The notes under the pieces are model-generated. The model was not told the origin of the DNA, did no database searches, and saw only the letters and a list, made by a program, of their open reading frames with translations. Made by a program: the position numbers and the translations under genes. A stretch of 63,481 nt of DNA, the filler included, from Octopus bimaculoides (Eukaryota), in the NCBI RefSeq assembly GCF_001194135.2. It is 5 parts of 4 records of this genome, joined end to end, with 100 filler letters (N's around TTAATTAATTAA, not from the genome) between each part and the next. Parts side by side here need not be neighbours in the genome. Positions count along the whole stretch, not along the records: positions 62,256 to 63,481 come from NC_068997.1; 4 more parts are not named here. One strand, 5' to 3'. This document shows, in pieces, positions 62,156-63,481 of the stretch (position 1 is the stretch's first letter; every line of letters starts with the position of its first letter).

Positions 62156-62759
62156 NNNNNNNNNNNNNNNNNNNNNNNNNNNNNNNNNNNNNNNNNNNNT
62201 TAATTAATTAANNNNNNNNNNNNNNNNNNNNNNNNNNNNNNNNNNNNNNNNNNNNAAAATAAATACAAAAAAGGGGTTTTGTATGATTGTGTATAGAGGA
62301 ATATATTATTTTGCTTAAAAGAGTTCCAACTCTGTCTGTTTTTTATGTTTTATTTATATTCTTGTAAAATTAATGTGGGATATAGAATATGGAACATACA
62401 ATATATAATATAAAAATGGATGGTACAATGAAATAAAGTATTGAATGTCTTATTGAATATATGGAATATGTCTTATTGAATAGATGAAATATTGAGGGTT
62501 CAATATAAAGGATTAAATATATAAAGGCGAATACGTATTTTCTATACCTTGTGGTATTTCATCATGGCCGGTATGACAGACTTTAACAGACTTTAACACA
62601 TATATATATATATGTGTGTGTAGACATATATACACATATGTATAAATATATACGTGTATGTATATGCATGTATATTAATATTCATGCTATTTTATAATAT
62701 AAATATATATGTACATATATATATATGTGTGTGTATATATATATACATATATATGTATA

Positions 62760-62800
<41 letters not shown>

Positions 62801-62879
62801 NNNNNNNNNNNNNNNNNNNNNNNNNNNNNNNNNNNNNNNNNNNNNNNNNNNNNNNNNNNNNNNNNNNNNNNNNNNNNNN

Positions 62880-62954
<75 letters not shown>

Positions 62955-63423
62955 TGTATGTGTGTTAATGCAATAGATACAATCGTCTGCTTTATAAGGT
63001 AACATCTGTAATAAAGTTGTAATTTTGTCTATACGCATATTTTGCTCTGAATTGTTCGAAATTCTGTTTACATTCTATATTCTATATTCTTTTTACATTT
63101 ACTGGTGTCTAATCGTTGAAAATTGGTAACAAAATTCTTCTAATACTGAGTGATTTACTGATATCTGCTAGAATTTTAAAATCCCTCTTCTTTTTTCTTA
63201 TATGTGTGTGTATATATATTGACATATATGTATATACGTATACATACATATATATATATATATATACATATATACACATATATAAACATACATATCACAC
63301 ATTCACACATACACACACATATATATATATATACACGCATACATATATATATATATACATGTATGTACGTGTGTGTTTGCATGTGTGCGTGTGTATGTGA
63401 TCGTTTGTCCAGTATGTATGATC

Positions 63424-63481
<58 letters not shown>

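Overview
AT-rich, microsatellite-dense eukaryotic genomic DNA from a draft assembly with many N gaps. Four TTAATTAATTAA spacers sit inside 100-base joins and look artificial. The repeat families and (TA)n/(CA)n/(CATA)n/(AAT)n density are what I associate with coleoid cephalopods, probably Octopus; this is inference, not a database result. There is no long intact ORF, no prokaryotic gene, no rRNA, no true tRNA gene and no CRISPR array. Most entries in the ORF track are microsatellite or N-gap artefacts. What is supportable: (1) three tRNA-derived SINE families, called A, B and C here; (2) LINE remnants of the CR1/L2, RTE, L1/Tx1, R4/Dong (restriction-like endonuclease, RLE) and Penelope-like (PLE) groups; (3) Tc1, mariner and pogo-type DNA transposon remnants and foldback elements; (4) a near-canonical minimal hammerhead ribozyme in a PLE-derived repeat plus two decayed ones; (5) hand-predicted small exons, best a phase-consistent plus-strand chain at 258-9158 with a 13-nt microexon that encodes an unrecognised, possibly secreted protein. 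The best leads are the RLE retrotransposons stacked in (CATA)n and (TAA)n microsatellites, the hammerheads, the SINE/LINE shared 3' tails and the orphan exon chain. All exon calls are by eye and need RNA-seq. Repeat boundaries are approximate.
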